Of a stretch of 64,000 nucleotides of DNA, positions 36,856 through 46,590 are shown piece after piece (the stretch's first letter is position 1; the number at the start of each line of letters is the position of its first letter). The translations under genes and the position numbers were made by a program. The notes beneath the pieces were generated by a model. That model was not told the DNA's origin. It ran no database searches and worked only from the letters and a program-made list of their open reading frames with translations. The DNA comes from an uncultured Ruminococcus sp. (lineage in GTDB: Bacteria; Bacillota; Clostridia; Oscillospirales; Ruminococcaceae), in assembly GCA_947627175.1 (NCBI GenBank), contig CANQVA010000007.1, positions 1,050 to 65,049 on the forward strand, given 5' to 3'.

Positions 36856-37326
36856 TTATTCAATTGTAACCTTTTTCATTACCTGCGGGTTAAGGGGTTT
36901 ATCGTTGTAATCTACATCAGTTTCTGCAATTTCGTCAACAACGTCCATTCCCTCAACTACTTTGCCGAAAGCAGCATACTGACCGTCAAGGTGCGGAGCA
37001 TCTTTATGCATGATAAAGAACTGTGAACCTGCCGAATCAGGCATCATTGAACGAGCCATAGAAATTACGCCTCTTGTGTGTTTGAGGTCATTTTTAACTC
37101 CGTTTGAGGAAAATTCCCCTTTGATATTCCAGCCGGGATTTCCTGTGCCGTTGCCTTTAGGACAACCGCCCTGAATCATAAAACCTGAAATAACTCTGTG
37201 AAAAATAAGACCATCATAAAAACCGCTCTTTACGAGCTTTTCAAAGTTTTCGCAAGTAATCGGTGCAATTTCGGGATAAAGTTCAATCTTAATCTTCTTT
37301 CCGTTTTGCATTTCAATAGTAACCAT
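36856..37326 (-). CDS. ppiB: cyclophilin-type peptidyl-prolyl cis-trans isomerase
   Basis: [25 protein letters not shown] motifs. 156 aa. Confidence 0.9.
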   Translation of the reverse strand: MVTIEMQNGKKIKIELYPEIAPITCENFEKLVKSGFYDGLIFHRVISGFMIQGGCPKGNGTGNPGWNIKGEFSSNGVKNDLKHTRGVISMARSMMPDSAGSQFFIMHKDAPHLDGQYAAFGKVVEGMDVVDEIAETDVDYNDKPLNPQVMKKVTIE

Positions 37327-37342
37327 TTTTTACCTCCGTAAT

Positions 37343-37894
37343 TTAATTTATTGTTATTTTTATTTCAGACGGAATCTGATAATTTTCGTTCTTTTTTACT
37401 GAATTATTTGAATTTCCGTTCTGAACTTCATTCTGAATCTGATTATTCTGTTTTTGTTCATTGTACTCATCGAGAATAGATTTCCATTCAGTTGTCGTTT
37501 CTACCTGTGTTTCTTCTGAATATTCTCCGTTTTCATTAGTTGCAGGCTGTACAGCGGTCGTTGTAGGTTCAGCCGTTCCTACAATTTCGCCAATAAGATT
37601 TGTGACGTATTCAACCGACGGTTCTGTAACGACCTGTTCTTGAACGGCTTTTGTCTGAACCTGATTATTTTGTTGAGGAGCATTATTATAATTATTGTTG
37701 TAATTGTTATTATAATTGTTATTCTCCGGAACTGCTTGCGACGATGTAGTCGAAAATTGTACAGATTTCGCCTGTTTTTTCTTCATTGTGCTATCTGTGC
37801 AGGCTTTTCCAATCATCATTATAACCATAGCAACTATAAAAGCCGCAATAAATGCAACTTGCCTGTGTTTATCCACATTATCACCCGTTTTCAC
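37343..37894 (-). CDS. membrane-anchored low-complexity protein (Asn/Gln/Thr-rich)
   Basis: One TM (VAFIAAFIVAMVIMMIG) followed by low-complexity sequence including NNYNNNYNNNYNN. No family recognised. Confidence 0.45.
   Translation of the reverse strand: MKTGDNVDKHRQVAFIAAFIVAMVIMMIGKACTDSTMKKKQAKSVQFSTTSSQAVPENNNYNNNYNNNYNNAPQQNNQVQTKAVQEQVVTEPSVEYVTNLIGEIVGTAEPTTTAVQPATNENGEYSEETQVETTTEWKSILDEYNEQKQNNQIQNEVQNGNSNNSVKKNENYQIPSEIKITIN
37682..37724 (-). repeat. imperfect 12-nt tandem repeat encoding (NNNY)n
   Basis: The plus strand reads attattataattattgttgtaattgttattataattgttatt. In frame it encodes the NNYNNNYNNNYNN tract. Confidence 0.6.
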
Positions 37895-37966
37895 TAAAAA
37901 ATCAATATAATAATTATATACAATTTTATCCGAAAAGTCAATACCCTAATGTCGTTTTAATAATAA

Positions 37967-39325
37967 CTATTTCAGTTCTGAAACAAGCTTTTTGAAAGCG
38001 TCGCCACGTTCTTCAAAATTCTTAAAAATACCATAGCTTGCCGACGCAGGCGAAAGCACACAACTTGAACCTGACGGTGTTATTTCATAGGCAAGTTCAA
38101 CAGCTTCGTCAAGATGCTGAACATAGTAAACACGTTCGGGCTTTACAAAATTCATATTTTTAATCATCTCAAAAATACGTTTTCCGGAAGTTTCCATACA
38201 GATTACATTTACTTCAGAATTATTCAAGAAGTCTATCAGAGGAGTATAATCAATACCTCTGTCCATACCGCCTATGAGAATAGTTTTTGCGTTGGGAATA
38301 CTTTTCAATGCCTCAATTGCAGTTGCACAAGCGGTTGAAATGGAGTCATCATAATAACGTACTCCGTCAACGGTGTCAACGTATTCAAGACGATGTGCAA
38401 GCGGATTGAATGTATAAAGTGCCTTTATAACTTTCTCCTGCTCCACGTAGAAATAAGCAACGGCACACGCAACAGCAATATTATAATAATTGTGAACACC
38501 TAAAAGTCTTATACCATCAGTCGGGATATTACAAATATTATCATTGATAGTATGAATATGAATTTTGTCTTTAATTCCGCTGTAAACGTAAATATCGGCA
38601 TTCGGATTATTCATTGAAACTGTATAAATATAATAGGGGTAGTCTTTAGGTGCTATGTCATAATTTATAAAAAGACAATCATGTTTTTTCTGATGCAGAT
38701 ATATATTTTTCTTTGCATTGTAATATTTTTCCATAGTGCCGTAATGGTCAAGGTGTTCTTCATAGAGATTAAGGAAAACCGCCATTTCAGGTGAAACGGT
38801 CATATATTCAAGCTGGTGACATGAAAGTTCACATACTATAACAGTATCTTTCTTAACGTTCTCTGCAATGTCAAAAACAGGAACACCTATATTTCCGACA
38901 AGATATGTATCTTTTCCACATTCTTTCAGTATATGGTAAATCAGCGACGAAACAGTGCTTTTGCCCTTAGTACCCGTAATGCCTATAATTTGTTCTCTGT
39001 AGACTGTAAAGAAAACCTGCGTTTCAGAAGTTATTTCACACATGAGTTCAGACGGCTGTTTTTTAAGAACAATTCCGGGTGACTTAAAAACAATGTCATA
39101 ATCGTCAAGGCAATCCTGATAATTTTCGCCTGTAATAATTCTGACTTTTTCCGGCAGGTTATTTGAAATTCTGTCAACGGAATTTAAATCAGCTATTGTG
39201 ACTGACTCAGGATTACAATATTTTTCTAAAAGCCTGTATGTAGACTTTCCCTCACGTCCGAATCCAAGTATGCAGACGGACTTATTTTCAGTATAATTTT
39301 TCAGATATTCCGTGAAATTATTCAA
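37967..39325 (-). CDS. Mur ligase family, MurD-like (candidate UDP-MurNAc-L-Ala--glutamate ligase, possibly MurD2 type)
   Basis: N-terminal Rossmann ILGFGREGKS, ATP P-loop GITGTKGKST, Mur-ligase middle and C-terminal domains. 4-nt overlap with the upstream PP-loop gene. Confidence 0.7.
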   Translation of the reverse strand: MNNFTEYLKNYTENKSVCILGFGREGKSTYRLLEKYCNPESVTIADLNSVDRISNNLPEKVRIITGENYQDCLDDYDIVFKSPGIVLKKQPSELMCEITSETQVFFTVYREQIIGITGTKGKSTVSSLIYHILKECGKDTYLVGNIGVPVFDIAENVKKDTVIVCELSCHQLEYMTVSPEMAVFLNLYEEHLDHYGTMEKYYNAKKNIYLHQKKHDCLFINYDIAPKDYPYYIYTVSMNNPNADIYVYSGIKDKIHIHTINDNICNIPTDGIRLLGVHNYYNIAVACAVAYFYVEQEKVIKALYTFNPLAHRLEYVDTVDGVRYYDDSISTACATAIEALKSIPNAKTILIGGMDRGIDYTPLIDFLNNSEVNVICMETSGKRIFEMIKNMNFVKPERVYYVQHLDEAVELAYEITPSGSSCVLSPASASYGIFKNFEERGDAFKKLVSELK

Positions 39326-40698
39326 AGAAGTCTCTCCATTTCATTTAAAAGTATTTCCCTGAAATAATCGGGGAGAAGATTTTCCGTATTGAAATATTTG
39401 CAGTATTCATCATTTTTTTCGTCAAGTTTTTCGGGGCGGTAAAAACCACTTTTCCTGTATCTGTCAAACAAAAGCGGAAGTTTTTTATTTTCCTGTTCAC
39501 GTTTCCTTACAGCAAGTGAAACAGCAAGATTAACTTCATCAATACTGCCCACGCACTCAAACGGCTTATGTGTAGAATTTCCGATAAGTTCATCAAAATA
39601 TTCAGTCATTGAAATATCATCTAAAAGATTCTTTCCGAAAATTCCTGTAAGTTCATCATCTGTAAGAAACGGCGAAAGAATAAGACATACAAAAAGACAT
39701 TTCGGACATTCGGCACACCATATATCAGGTGAAACTTTTCCGCCGAGATTACAACTTCTGAATACAGGTAAATATTTTCTATGGGAAGAAAACATCTTAG
39801 CTATCTGAAATTCCGAAAGCGGTCTCAGAAAACTGAAATAATAAATTCCGGTACAGAGATACTTTTCTTCATATAAGCGGAAATCCGTTTCAAACTCAAA
39901 ACTCTTTGAATACTGGTGGTTTACACTCTGTCCGACAACAGTGCTTTCATTTGCACTTGATTCATTTGAAAGAACAATGTATTTAAGTCTGTTAAGATAT
40001 GCAGTAATTTCGGCAGAAAATGCCACTATTGAAGAAAACGGCGTATGACCGTTAAGAAATCCCTGATTATTAAAATCTATAAGTGAACGGTCAAATTTCC
40101 GCTGTGCAGTAATGAGCGATTCAGGCGGAAGTCCTGCTGTTTCAACTGTTGCTGTTATTGAATTACGCTTGTTTATTGAATAGCATTTACATTCAACGCC
40201 TGCATTTGTCAGTGTTTCAAGAGTGAGAGCAGAATCTTTTCCGCCTCCGACCGTAACAAGACAACCGGAAAGTGACGGAAATTCAGCTTTTTCCGTAATA
40301 TGTGACTTTCCCTCAGAAACGATATTCACGAAATTATTATAATCAGCGTTTATATTATTTACATAAAAAAATTCACCAAGGCCGTTGAAATAAAGTTTTT
40401 TCCACCATTGCACCTGCTCCGCTGAAAGATGCCCGCATTCAACACGCATTTCATGCGAACACACGGCTTTCCAGTAACTAACGGCTTCTGCCATTCCGAG
40501 AGAAAATACAAGTCTTTCAAGCGTCGGGTCAATGCTTATATTATGAGGTTTCGGAAAACTCCATGAAGGGCGAAAATCAGCAAGCGACGGTATGGAAAAT
40601 TCATAGTTCACATCAATTGAATTTTCGTTTTCTGTTATTTTATATGACTTATATATAAATACGGGATATTTTTCCCTGAACGTTTCATATTTACCCAT
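39322..40698 (-). CDS. PP-loop (SGGxDS-like) ATP-pyrophosphatase-fold protein with Cys cluster; candidate MurL-type epimerase
   Basis: VTVGGGKDSALT PP-loop-like motif and the CAECPKC cysteine cluster. GGAGG lies 5 nt before ATG 40698. Translationally coupled to the MurD-like gene. Confidence 0.5.
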   Translation of the reverse strand: MGKYETFREKYPVFIYKSYKITENENSIDVNYEFSIPSLADFRPSWSFPKPHNISIDPTLERLVFSLGMAEAVSYWKAVCSHEMRVECGHLSAEQVQWWKKLYFNGLGEFFYVNNINADYNNFVNIVSEGKSHITEKAEFPSLSGCLVTVGGGKDSALTLETLTNAGVECKCYSINKRNSITATVETAGLPPESLITAQRKFDRSLIDFNNQGFLNGHTPFSSIVAFSAEITAYLNRLKYIVLSNESSANESTVVGQSVNHQYSKSFEFETDFRLYEEKYLCTGIYYFSFLRPLSEFQIAKMFSSHRKYLPVFRSCNLGGKVSPDIWCAECPKCLFVCLILSPFLTDDELTGIFGKNLLDDISMTEYFDELIGNSTHKPFECVGSIDEVNLAVSLAVRKREQENKKLPLLFDRYRKSGFYRPEKLDEKNDEYCKYFNTENLLPDYFREILLNEMERLL

Positions 40699-40717
40699 TA
40701 TAGCCTCCGAACAAAAA

Positions 40718-41110
40718 TTATTCAGCCTTTTTGTCTGATTTTCCTGCAAGTTCAAGATAATGTGCTTTCAGTAAAGAATATGTTTCGTCTGAAAGGTCAT
40801 GTTCTATTTTACAGGCATCTTCAACTGCATTCTTTTTTGATGCACCGAGAAGCATAAAAAATTCTGAAAGTACATTGTGGCGGTCATAGATATGTTCAGC
40901 AACGTCACGCCCTTTTCCGGTCAGGGTAATATGGTTGAAACTGTCAACAAGAACGAGATTGTCTTTTTTCATTTTCTTCAGGACAATGGAAACTGTCGGA
41001 CGTGAATATCCGAGATAAGAACATATATCAATTGCATGAACATCAGGCTGTTTCTTTGAAAGAATAAGTATTGTTTCAAGATAATTTTCAACTGCTTCTG
41101 TGATAGCCAT
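40718..41110 (-). CDS. DtxR/MntR-family metal-dependent transcriptional regulator
   Basis: AVENYLETILIL N-terminus, wHTH (ICSYLGYSRPTVSIVLKKM), and candidate metal ligands (E..E N-terminal, RH, EDACKIEH). Confidence 0.8.
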   Translation of the reverse strand: MAITEAVENYLETILILSKKQPDVHAIDICSYLGYSRPTVSIVLKKMKKDNLVLVDSFNHITLTGKGRDVAEHIYDRHNVLSEFFMLLGASKKNAVEDACKIEHDLSDETYSLLKAHYLELAGKSDKKAE

Positions 41111-41146
41111 TTTTTCATCTCCCTTATAATAATTTTTACAATAGAA

Positions 41147-41175
41147 ATTATATCATATTCCGAATGAAATTACAA
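41147..41175 (-). promoter_or_regulatory. promoter of the mntR-like / PP-loop / MurD-like operon
   Basis: TTGTAA (rc 41170-41175), 17-nt spacer, TGaTATAAT (rc 41147-41155). Confidence 0.55.
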
Positions 41176-41207
41176 GTAAATTTTACAAAATTTATCAGAA
41201 AACAATG

Positions 41208-41642
41208 TCAGTCCTTAATTTCATAATTGAGATAGCCGATAATAGTATTATACAATTCAGGATACTTATTTTTTATGCGTAAAGGTTTTAAATTTCCGTC
41301 AGTAAAGCACTGTGAGGTACTGCCTGTAATGCAGACTGTTTCTGTTTTACGGCTTACTAATTTATAATTCATATCAAGCCTTACACCGTTAAATTTTGTA
41401 ATCATACCATAAACGGCAAAAGGTTCATCAAAAACAAGTGCTTTCTTGTAATTCAAGTCTACTGAAAGAATAGGTACAAGCAGTCCATATGATTCAATTT
41501 TTGAATAGGGCATACCAATCTGTTCAAGAAAATTCATTCTTGCCTCTTCAAAAATTCTTACATAGTTTGAATGGTGGACTATACCCATTTTATCAGTTTC
41601 ATAGTAATATACTTTACGTTCATACGGATAAATTTTTTTCAT
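41208..41642 (-). CDS. hotdog-fold acyl-CoA thioesterase (YbgC/4HBT type)
   Basis: VYYYETDKMGIVHHSNYVRIFEEAR motif. 144 aa. Confidence 0.8.
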   Translation of the reverse strand: MKKIYPYERKVYYYETDKMGIVHHSNYVRIFEEARMNFLEQIGMPYSKIESYGLLVPILSVDLNYKKALVFDEPFAVYGMITKFNGVRLDMNYKLVSRKTETVCITGSTSQCFTDGNLKPLRIKNKYPELYNTIIGYLNYEIKD

Positions 41643-41689
41643 AAAAAAATCTTCTTTCTATCAATTTTATTCAGGGAAACTATAATTTT

Positions 41690-42388
41690 TTATAATCTCT
41701 GAATTATATCAGTTCTTGCTGTATGAGTTTCAAGGTCGGCGAGCCTCGTCGGCACGGGAATATGACTGTCTTTTCCGACTAAATTCATAGTAATTTCAGT
41801 TGCGGTATTGAGTGAAATAAAGTTTCCGACAGACACAAAAACAGGTTTTACGCCTGTATGTGTTCTCAATACTCTGCCGTACACTTCACTATCACAAACT
41901 ATATCCGTGAAACTTCCCGCTGTCATGCCGGGTTCTGTATAGTCAAGACCTTCACGCACACGGTAATAACTTTTTGCGACACCTATAGTAGCCTTTTTAA
42001 GATAAAATGACGCATGAGTTGCGATACCCATATGACGGGGGTGAAGAAAACCGTTTCCGTCGAACATGAACAAATCAGGCTCTATATTCAGTTTTTTTAC
42101 AGTTTCAAGAATTAATGGCAGTTCACGGAATGCAAGAAAACCTGCAATATACGGCACTTTTATTTTTCCGCTGTACTGCTGTTTTTCAATCACTTCATGC
42201 GTTTTATATTCAATTACCACTATACAACAGACGGCATATTCATGACCGTCTTTTGTCCAATACGCCAAATCAACACCGGCAACGTTTTTAATATTATCTT
42301 TTTCAAAACAGTCCGTAAGATTTATTTTTTCTCTTAAAGAATTTTGTATATCAAGAAATTCCTGTTCATTCATAACTTTCATCATCAA
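41690..42388 (-). CDS. nfi: endonuclease V
   Basis: AGVDLAY, YIAGFLAFRELP, DGNGFLHPRHMGIATH motifs. Confidence 0.85.
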   Translation of the reverse strand: MMMKVMNEQEFLDIQNSLREKINLTDCFEKDNIKNVAGVDLAYWTKDGHEYAVCCIVVIEYKTHEVIEKQQYSGKIKVPYIAGFLAFRELPLILETVKKLNIEPDLFMFDGNGFLHPRHMGIATHASFYLKKATIGVAKSYYRVREGLDYTEPGMTAGSFTDIVCDSEVYGRVLRTHTGVKPVFVSVGNFISLNTATEITMNLVGKDSHIPVPTRLADLETHTARTDIIQRL

Positions 42389-44019
42389 CTGTGTATCTGT
42401 GAGGCAACAAGACCCTCTTTACAGTAAATTTCACGGAGTTTAGGCTTTTCGATTTTTCCTGTAGGATTTCGGGGAACGTCCGCAAAAATAATTTTATGCG
42501 GTCTTTTATAACGTGGGAGTTTCTGACAGAAAGTATTTATTTCATTTTCTGTACAGTTGCATTCCTCTTTTATGGAAATAACAGCCGCCGTTATTTCGCC
42601 GAGTCTTTTATCGGGTAAACCGATAACGGCAACATCTTTTATTGCAGGGTGACTTCTCAAAAAGTCCTCAATCTGAACAGGATAGATATTTTCACCACCG
42701 CTTATAATAACATCTTTCTTGCGGTCAACGAGATAAATAAAACCGTCCTCATCTTCCTGAGCCATATCTCCTGTAAATAACCAACCGTCACGGAGAGTTT
42801 CAGCAGTTGCTTTTTCGTCATGGTAATAACAAGTCATAACACCTGCACCCTTTACACAAAGTTCGCCAACTTCTCCACGTTTAACAGTAACGCCGTTTTC
42901 GTCAACTATCTTTATTTCCCAACCATAGCCCGCTTTGCCTATCGCACCGACTTTATGAATATTTTCAACACCGAGATGCACACAGCCGGGTCCTATTGAT
43001 TCACTTAAACCGTAGTTTGTATCATATTTATGATTCGGAAAAATTTTTTTCCAACGTGCAATAAGCGACGGCGGAACAGGTTGTGCTCCTATGTGCATAA
43101 GTCGCCATTGTGAAAGACTGTAATCTTCAATTCTTACATCTCCCCTATCAACAGCATCAAGAATATCTTGTGCCCATGGCACTAAAAGCCATACAATTGT
43201 ACAGCCTTCTTCTGAAACGGTACGAAGAATTGAATCAGGCTTTACACCTTTCAGAAGAACTGCCTTACTTCCTGAATAAAGACTTCCAAACCAGTGCATT
43301 TTTGCACCCGTATGATACAAAGGAGGAATACAGAGAAAAACATCGTCCCTTGTCTGCCCATGATGATTATATTCAACTTTTGCGGAATGCATAAGGCTTT
43401 CATGATTATGAAGTATTGCTTTCGGAAAACCTGTTGTACCTGAAGAAAAATAAATAGCCGCATCATCTGAATCTTTAAGTTCAATTTCAGGTGCAGAACT
43501 GCAACAATTAGCTGTAAGACTGTCATAATGTTCCGCAAATGAGGGGCAACCCTCACCCACATAGAAAAGCAGTCTGTTTCGGCTTATTTCCTCGGCTATT
43601 TCCTCTACACGTCCTATAAATTCAGAACCAAACATAAGCACGTCCACTTCTGCAAGGTCAAGGCAATATTTTATTTCGTCCGCAGTATATCTGAAATTAA
43701 GCGGTACAGCTAAAGCACCTGTTTTAAGTATTCCGAAATAAACGGGGAGCCATTCAAGGCAATTCATAAGGAGTATACCAACCTTATCCCCCTTGTGTAC
43801 ACCTCTTTCAAGGAGCAGGTTCGCAAAACGGTTTGCCTTTTCATCAAAGACTTTCCATGTAATTTCCCGTCTGTAATGACAAAGCGGGTTAGGTTCAATC
43901 AATTCATATTCTTTCCATGTAACACGTCTGACTTCTGTAATTGTCGGATTCACTTCAACAAGTGCAACATCATCGCCATATAGTTCAGCGTTTCTTTTTA
44001 ATAAATCTGTAATTGGCAT
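42385..44019 (-). CDS. AMP-forming acyl-CoA synthetase / fatty-acid--CoA ligase
   Basis: AMP-binding motif YFSSGTTGFPKA, TGD and GGENIYP motifs, C-terminal PRNPTGKI. Confidence 0.85.
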   Translation of the reverse strand: MPITDLLKRNAELYGDDVALVEVNPTITEVRRVTWKEYELIEPNPLCHYRREITWKVFDEKANRFANLLLERGVHKGDKVGILLMNCLEWLPVYFGILKTGALAVPLNFRYTADEIKYCLDLAEVDVLMFGSEFIGRVEEIAEEISRNRLLFYVGEGCPSFAEHYDSLTANCCSSAPEIELKDSDDAAIYFSSGTTGFPKAILHNHESLMHSAKVEYNHHGQTRDDVFLCIPPLYHTGAKMHWFGSLYSGSKAVLLKGVKPDSILRTVSEEGCTIVWLLVPWAQDILDAVDRGDVRIEDYSLSQWRLMHIGAQPVPPSLIARWKKIFPNHKYDTNYGLSESIGPGCVHLGVENIHKVGAIGKAGYGWEIKIVDENGVTVKRGEVGELCVKGAGVMTCYYHDEKATAETLRDGWLFTGDMAQEDEDGFIYLVDRKKDVIISGGENIYPVQIEDFLRSHPAIKDVAVIGLPDKRLGEITAAVISIKEECNCTENEINTFCQKLPRYKRPHKIIFADVPRNPTGKIEKPKLREIYCKEGLVASQIHS

Positions 44020-44116
44020 TATAAAAAATCCTTTCCAAAAGAGCTTTACAAATGTAAAGTTTAAAAGTGATAGTATTATTTTATCATAAAAAAGTATAAA
44101 AGTAAATACCTTTGAT

Positions 44117-44154
44117 AAAAAAAATGCCGGATATTACAGTCCGGCATTTATTTT
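44117..44154. terminator. bidirectional-shaped terminator after the zinc-ribbon gene
   Basis: AATGCCGGA (44123-44131) pairs with TCCGGCATT (44140-44148). A8 upstream and T-rich downstream. Confidence 0.75.
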
Positions 44155-44156
44155 AA

Positions 44157-44726
44157 TTAAAACTTCTTTCCGCAGTTTTCGCAGAATATCTGACTCATAG
44201 CAGCAGGCTTTCCGCACTCTGAACAAATCTTTACTTCTTCTGAAATTTCGGGTTTTGCGTCTGTATCAACAACAATTTCCTTTGCTTCCTCTGATTCTTT
44301 TTCCGCATCGCTGACAACAGGTTCAGCTTCAAGCGGTTCAGCAACTGCAATATTTTCAATCTTAGCACCGCACTTATCGCAGAATTTCTGTTCCTTTGAG
44401 ATGCTTGCCCCGCAGTTTGGACAAGCCTGTTTGTCTTCAAGACTGTCAAGAATTTGACGGAGTTGTTCCACTCTTGCACCCTTGCTTACTATCGTTTCAA
44501 CAGCGTTTGCACATTCCGGTTCAGGATTTTCGGAAATTCTTGAAAAATAGACTTTTCCTATGCTGATATATGCCGAAGTGATTTCGCTTTCAAGAGAAGA
44601 AATTTCTTTTTTAATTCTTGACTTTTCAGCCATTTTCTTAGAACCGTCAGAAACGCTCTTAGCACCTTTTTCAACGGTATTGCCGACTTTTTCGGCTAAT
44701 CCCTTTACCTGATCAAGAAAACTCAT
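44157..44726 (-). CDS. double zinc-ribbon protein with N-terminal coiled-coil-like region
   Basis: CPNCGASISKEQKFCDKCG and CSECGKPAAMSQIFCENCG motifs. GGAGGT RBS before ATG 44726; the track start at 44828 is rejected. Confidence 0.7.
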   Translation of the reverse strand: MSFLDQVKGLAEKVGNTVEKGAKSVSDGSKKMAEKSRIKKEISSLESEITSAYISIGKVYFSRISENPEPECANAVETIVSKGARVEQLRQILDSLEDKQACPNCGASISKEQKFCDKCGAKIENIAVAEPLEAEPVVSDAEKESEEAKEIVVDTDAKPEISEEVKICSECGKPAAMSQIFCENCGKKF

Positions 44727-44934
44727 AATAAAGTACCTCCATAGAGAATAAATATAACATACTCTCACCACTTTAAAAAGTGAGAGTTTCTCATTTGATA
44801 GTACATTTATATAATTCATAATTCGCAATTCATAATATGTAATTGATGTACGATAATTACGAATTAAGTATTACGCATTAACAGATGTACTAATCATAAT
44901 CGAAACAGAACCCCATGTGTCCTGCTTTATTTAT

Positions 44935-44963
44935 ATTGTATCACATATTTCTGCAATAGTCAA
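44935..44963 (-). promoter_or_regulatory. promoter about 200 nt upstream of the zinc-ribbon gene
   Basis: TTGACT (rc 44958-44963), 17-nt spacer, TGaTACAAT (rc 44935-44943). Confidence 0.55.
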
Positions 44964-44977
44964 TAGAAAAAATAATA

Positions 44978-46240
44978 TTATATACTACAAAATTTCAGAG
45001 AACTTACCGCCCTGAAAACTGCTTCCGAAAAGTCACTGCAAGTTGAGGAATAAAGCGTCATAATAGTATCTTCCGCAGAAATACAGTCACCGACTGAACA
45101 ATTCATAACAATGCCTGCCGACATATCAATTGTATCTTCCTTTGTAAGTCTGCCTGCTCCGAGCATAAGGGAAGTCATTCCTATTTCCTCACTGTTTATT
45201 CCGAGAATTTTCATATCATGCACTGCACGCACTTCATAACTGTATTTCGGTTGCGGTAGGAGTGAAACGTCGTCACATATACGGCAGTCACCGCCATGCA
45301 ATCTTATAGTTTCCCGTAGAACTTCAAGAGCTTTACCGGATGAAACAGCATTTTCTGAAAGCTTTAAACATTCTTCATATGTGCCTTTTCCGGCAAGTTC
45401 AAGCATATTTGCAGAAAGTTCCATACACAAATCATAAAGTTTACCCTTATATTTTCCCTGAAGAATTTCAACAACTTCTTTCACTTCAAGGGCGTTTCCG
45501 ATATTATTGCCGAGGGGGTTGTCCATATCCGTTACAACCGCACGACACTTTTTCCCTGCTGATTTACCGACCTTTTCCATAAGTCCTGCAAGTTTTTCTG
45601 CATCACTGCGTGTTTTCATAAAAGCCCCTGAACCGCATTTCACATCAAGAAGGAGACAATCTGCATTGAGTGCAAGTTTTTTGCTCATTATACTTGAACA
45701 TATCAGCGGAATACTATCAACAGTACCCGTTGCATTTCTCAGGGCATATATTTTTTTATCAGCAGGGCATAAATTTCCACTCTGTGAGATTATTGAAAAT
45801 CCTGTTTTACGTACTATTTTCAAAAATTCGTCAAACGGTAATTCTGTTCTGTAACCGTTTATGCTTTCAAGTTTGTCAATAGTTCCCCCGGTATGACCGA
45901 GTCCCCTGCCCGACATTTTCGGAACGGCAACTCCGCAAGCCGCAACTGCCGACCCTATTATAAGACTTGTTTTGTCACCGACACCGCCCGTGCTGTGCTT
46001 GTCTGCCGTTACCATGCCTATTCCGCTAAGGTCAAGTATATCACCACTATCACGCATTGCTTCTGTGAGGCATATTGTTTCCCGTTCAGTAAGACCGTTA
46101 AGACATACAGCCATAAGCCACGCCGACATCTGATAGTCAGGAATTTCGCCGTCCGTATAATTTTTAACGAGCCATTTTATTTCTCCGTCTGTAAGTTCAG
46201 CAGATTTTTTTGTTTTGTTTATAATATCAACAATATTCAT
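44978..46240 (-). CDS. pdp: pyrimidine-nucleoside (thymidine) phosphorylase
   Basis: DKHSTGGVGDKTSL and SGRGLGHTGGTIDKLE motifs. 420 aa. Confidence 0.9.
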   Translation of the reverse strand: MNIVDIINKTKKSAELTDGEIKWLVKNYTDGEIPDYQMSAWLMAVCLNGLTERETICLTEAMRDSGDILDLSGIGMVTADKHSTGGVGDKTSLIIGSAVAACGVAVPKMSGRGLGHTGGTIDKLESINGYRTELPFDEFLKIVRKTGFSIISQSGNLCPADKKIYALRNATGTVDSIPLICSSIMSKKLALNADCLLLDVKCGSGAFMKTRSDAEKLAGLMEKVGKSAGKKCRAVVTDMDNPLGNNIGNALEVKEVVEILQGKYKGKLYDLCMELSANMLELAGKGTYEECLKLSENAVSSGKALEVLRETIRLHGGDCRICDDVSLLPQPKYSYEVRAVHDMKILGINSEEIGMTSLMLGAGRLTKEDTIDMSAGIVMNCSVGDCISAEDTIMTLYSSTCSDFSEAVFRAVSSLKFCSI

Positions 46241-46264
46241 AAAGTTTCACCTCCTGTTACATTT

Positions 46265-46293
46265 ATTTTAACATATCCACAACAGTTTTTCAA
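46265..46293 (-). promoter_or_regulatory. promoter of pdp
   Basis: TTGAAA (rc 46288-46293), 17-nt spacer, TGtTAAAAT (rc 46265-46273). Confidence 0.55.
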
Positions 46294-46321
46294 GTGCTTT
46301 TATAAAAAAAATGTCATAAAT

Positions 46322-46576
46322 CTACAAATATTTCAATATTACAAGCCCTACCACAAACGGCACACCAAGAACTGTACTACCGCAGATGTTAAAAAGATTA
46401 AGAGGAATGTCCGCCCCTATAAAACCGCCATACTTATTAAGTATAAAGAGTGCAGCTGCTCCGGTAAACGCCCCGAAAATAAATGAAAGTACTTTTCTTT
46501 TACGTTTCATGTAATATATAAGCATTATCAGCACAACAACAATGCATATAAGTGCAAAAATTAAATCTGTCCTCAT
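46322..46576 (-). CDS. bofA: BofA-family membrane protein (pro-sigma-K processing inhibitor-like)
   Basis: About 85 aa with two TM segments. LNLFNICGSTVLGVPFVVGLVIL resembles the BofA C-terminal motif. The start (46576 vs 46594) is uncertain. Confidence 0.55.
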   Translation of the reverse strand: MRTDLIFALICIVVVLIMLIYYMKRKRKVLSFIFGAFTGAAALFILNKYGGFIGADIPLNLFNICGSTVLGVPFVVGLVILKYL

Positions 46577-46590
46577 TTTTTCAGCCTTTC

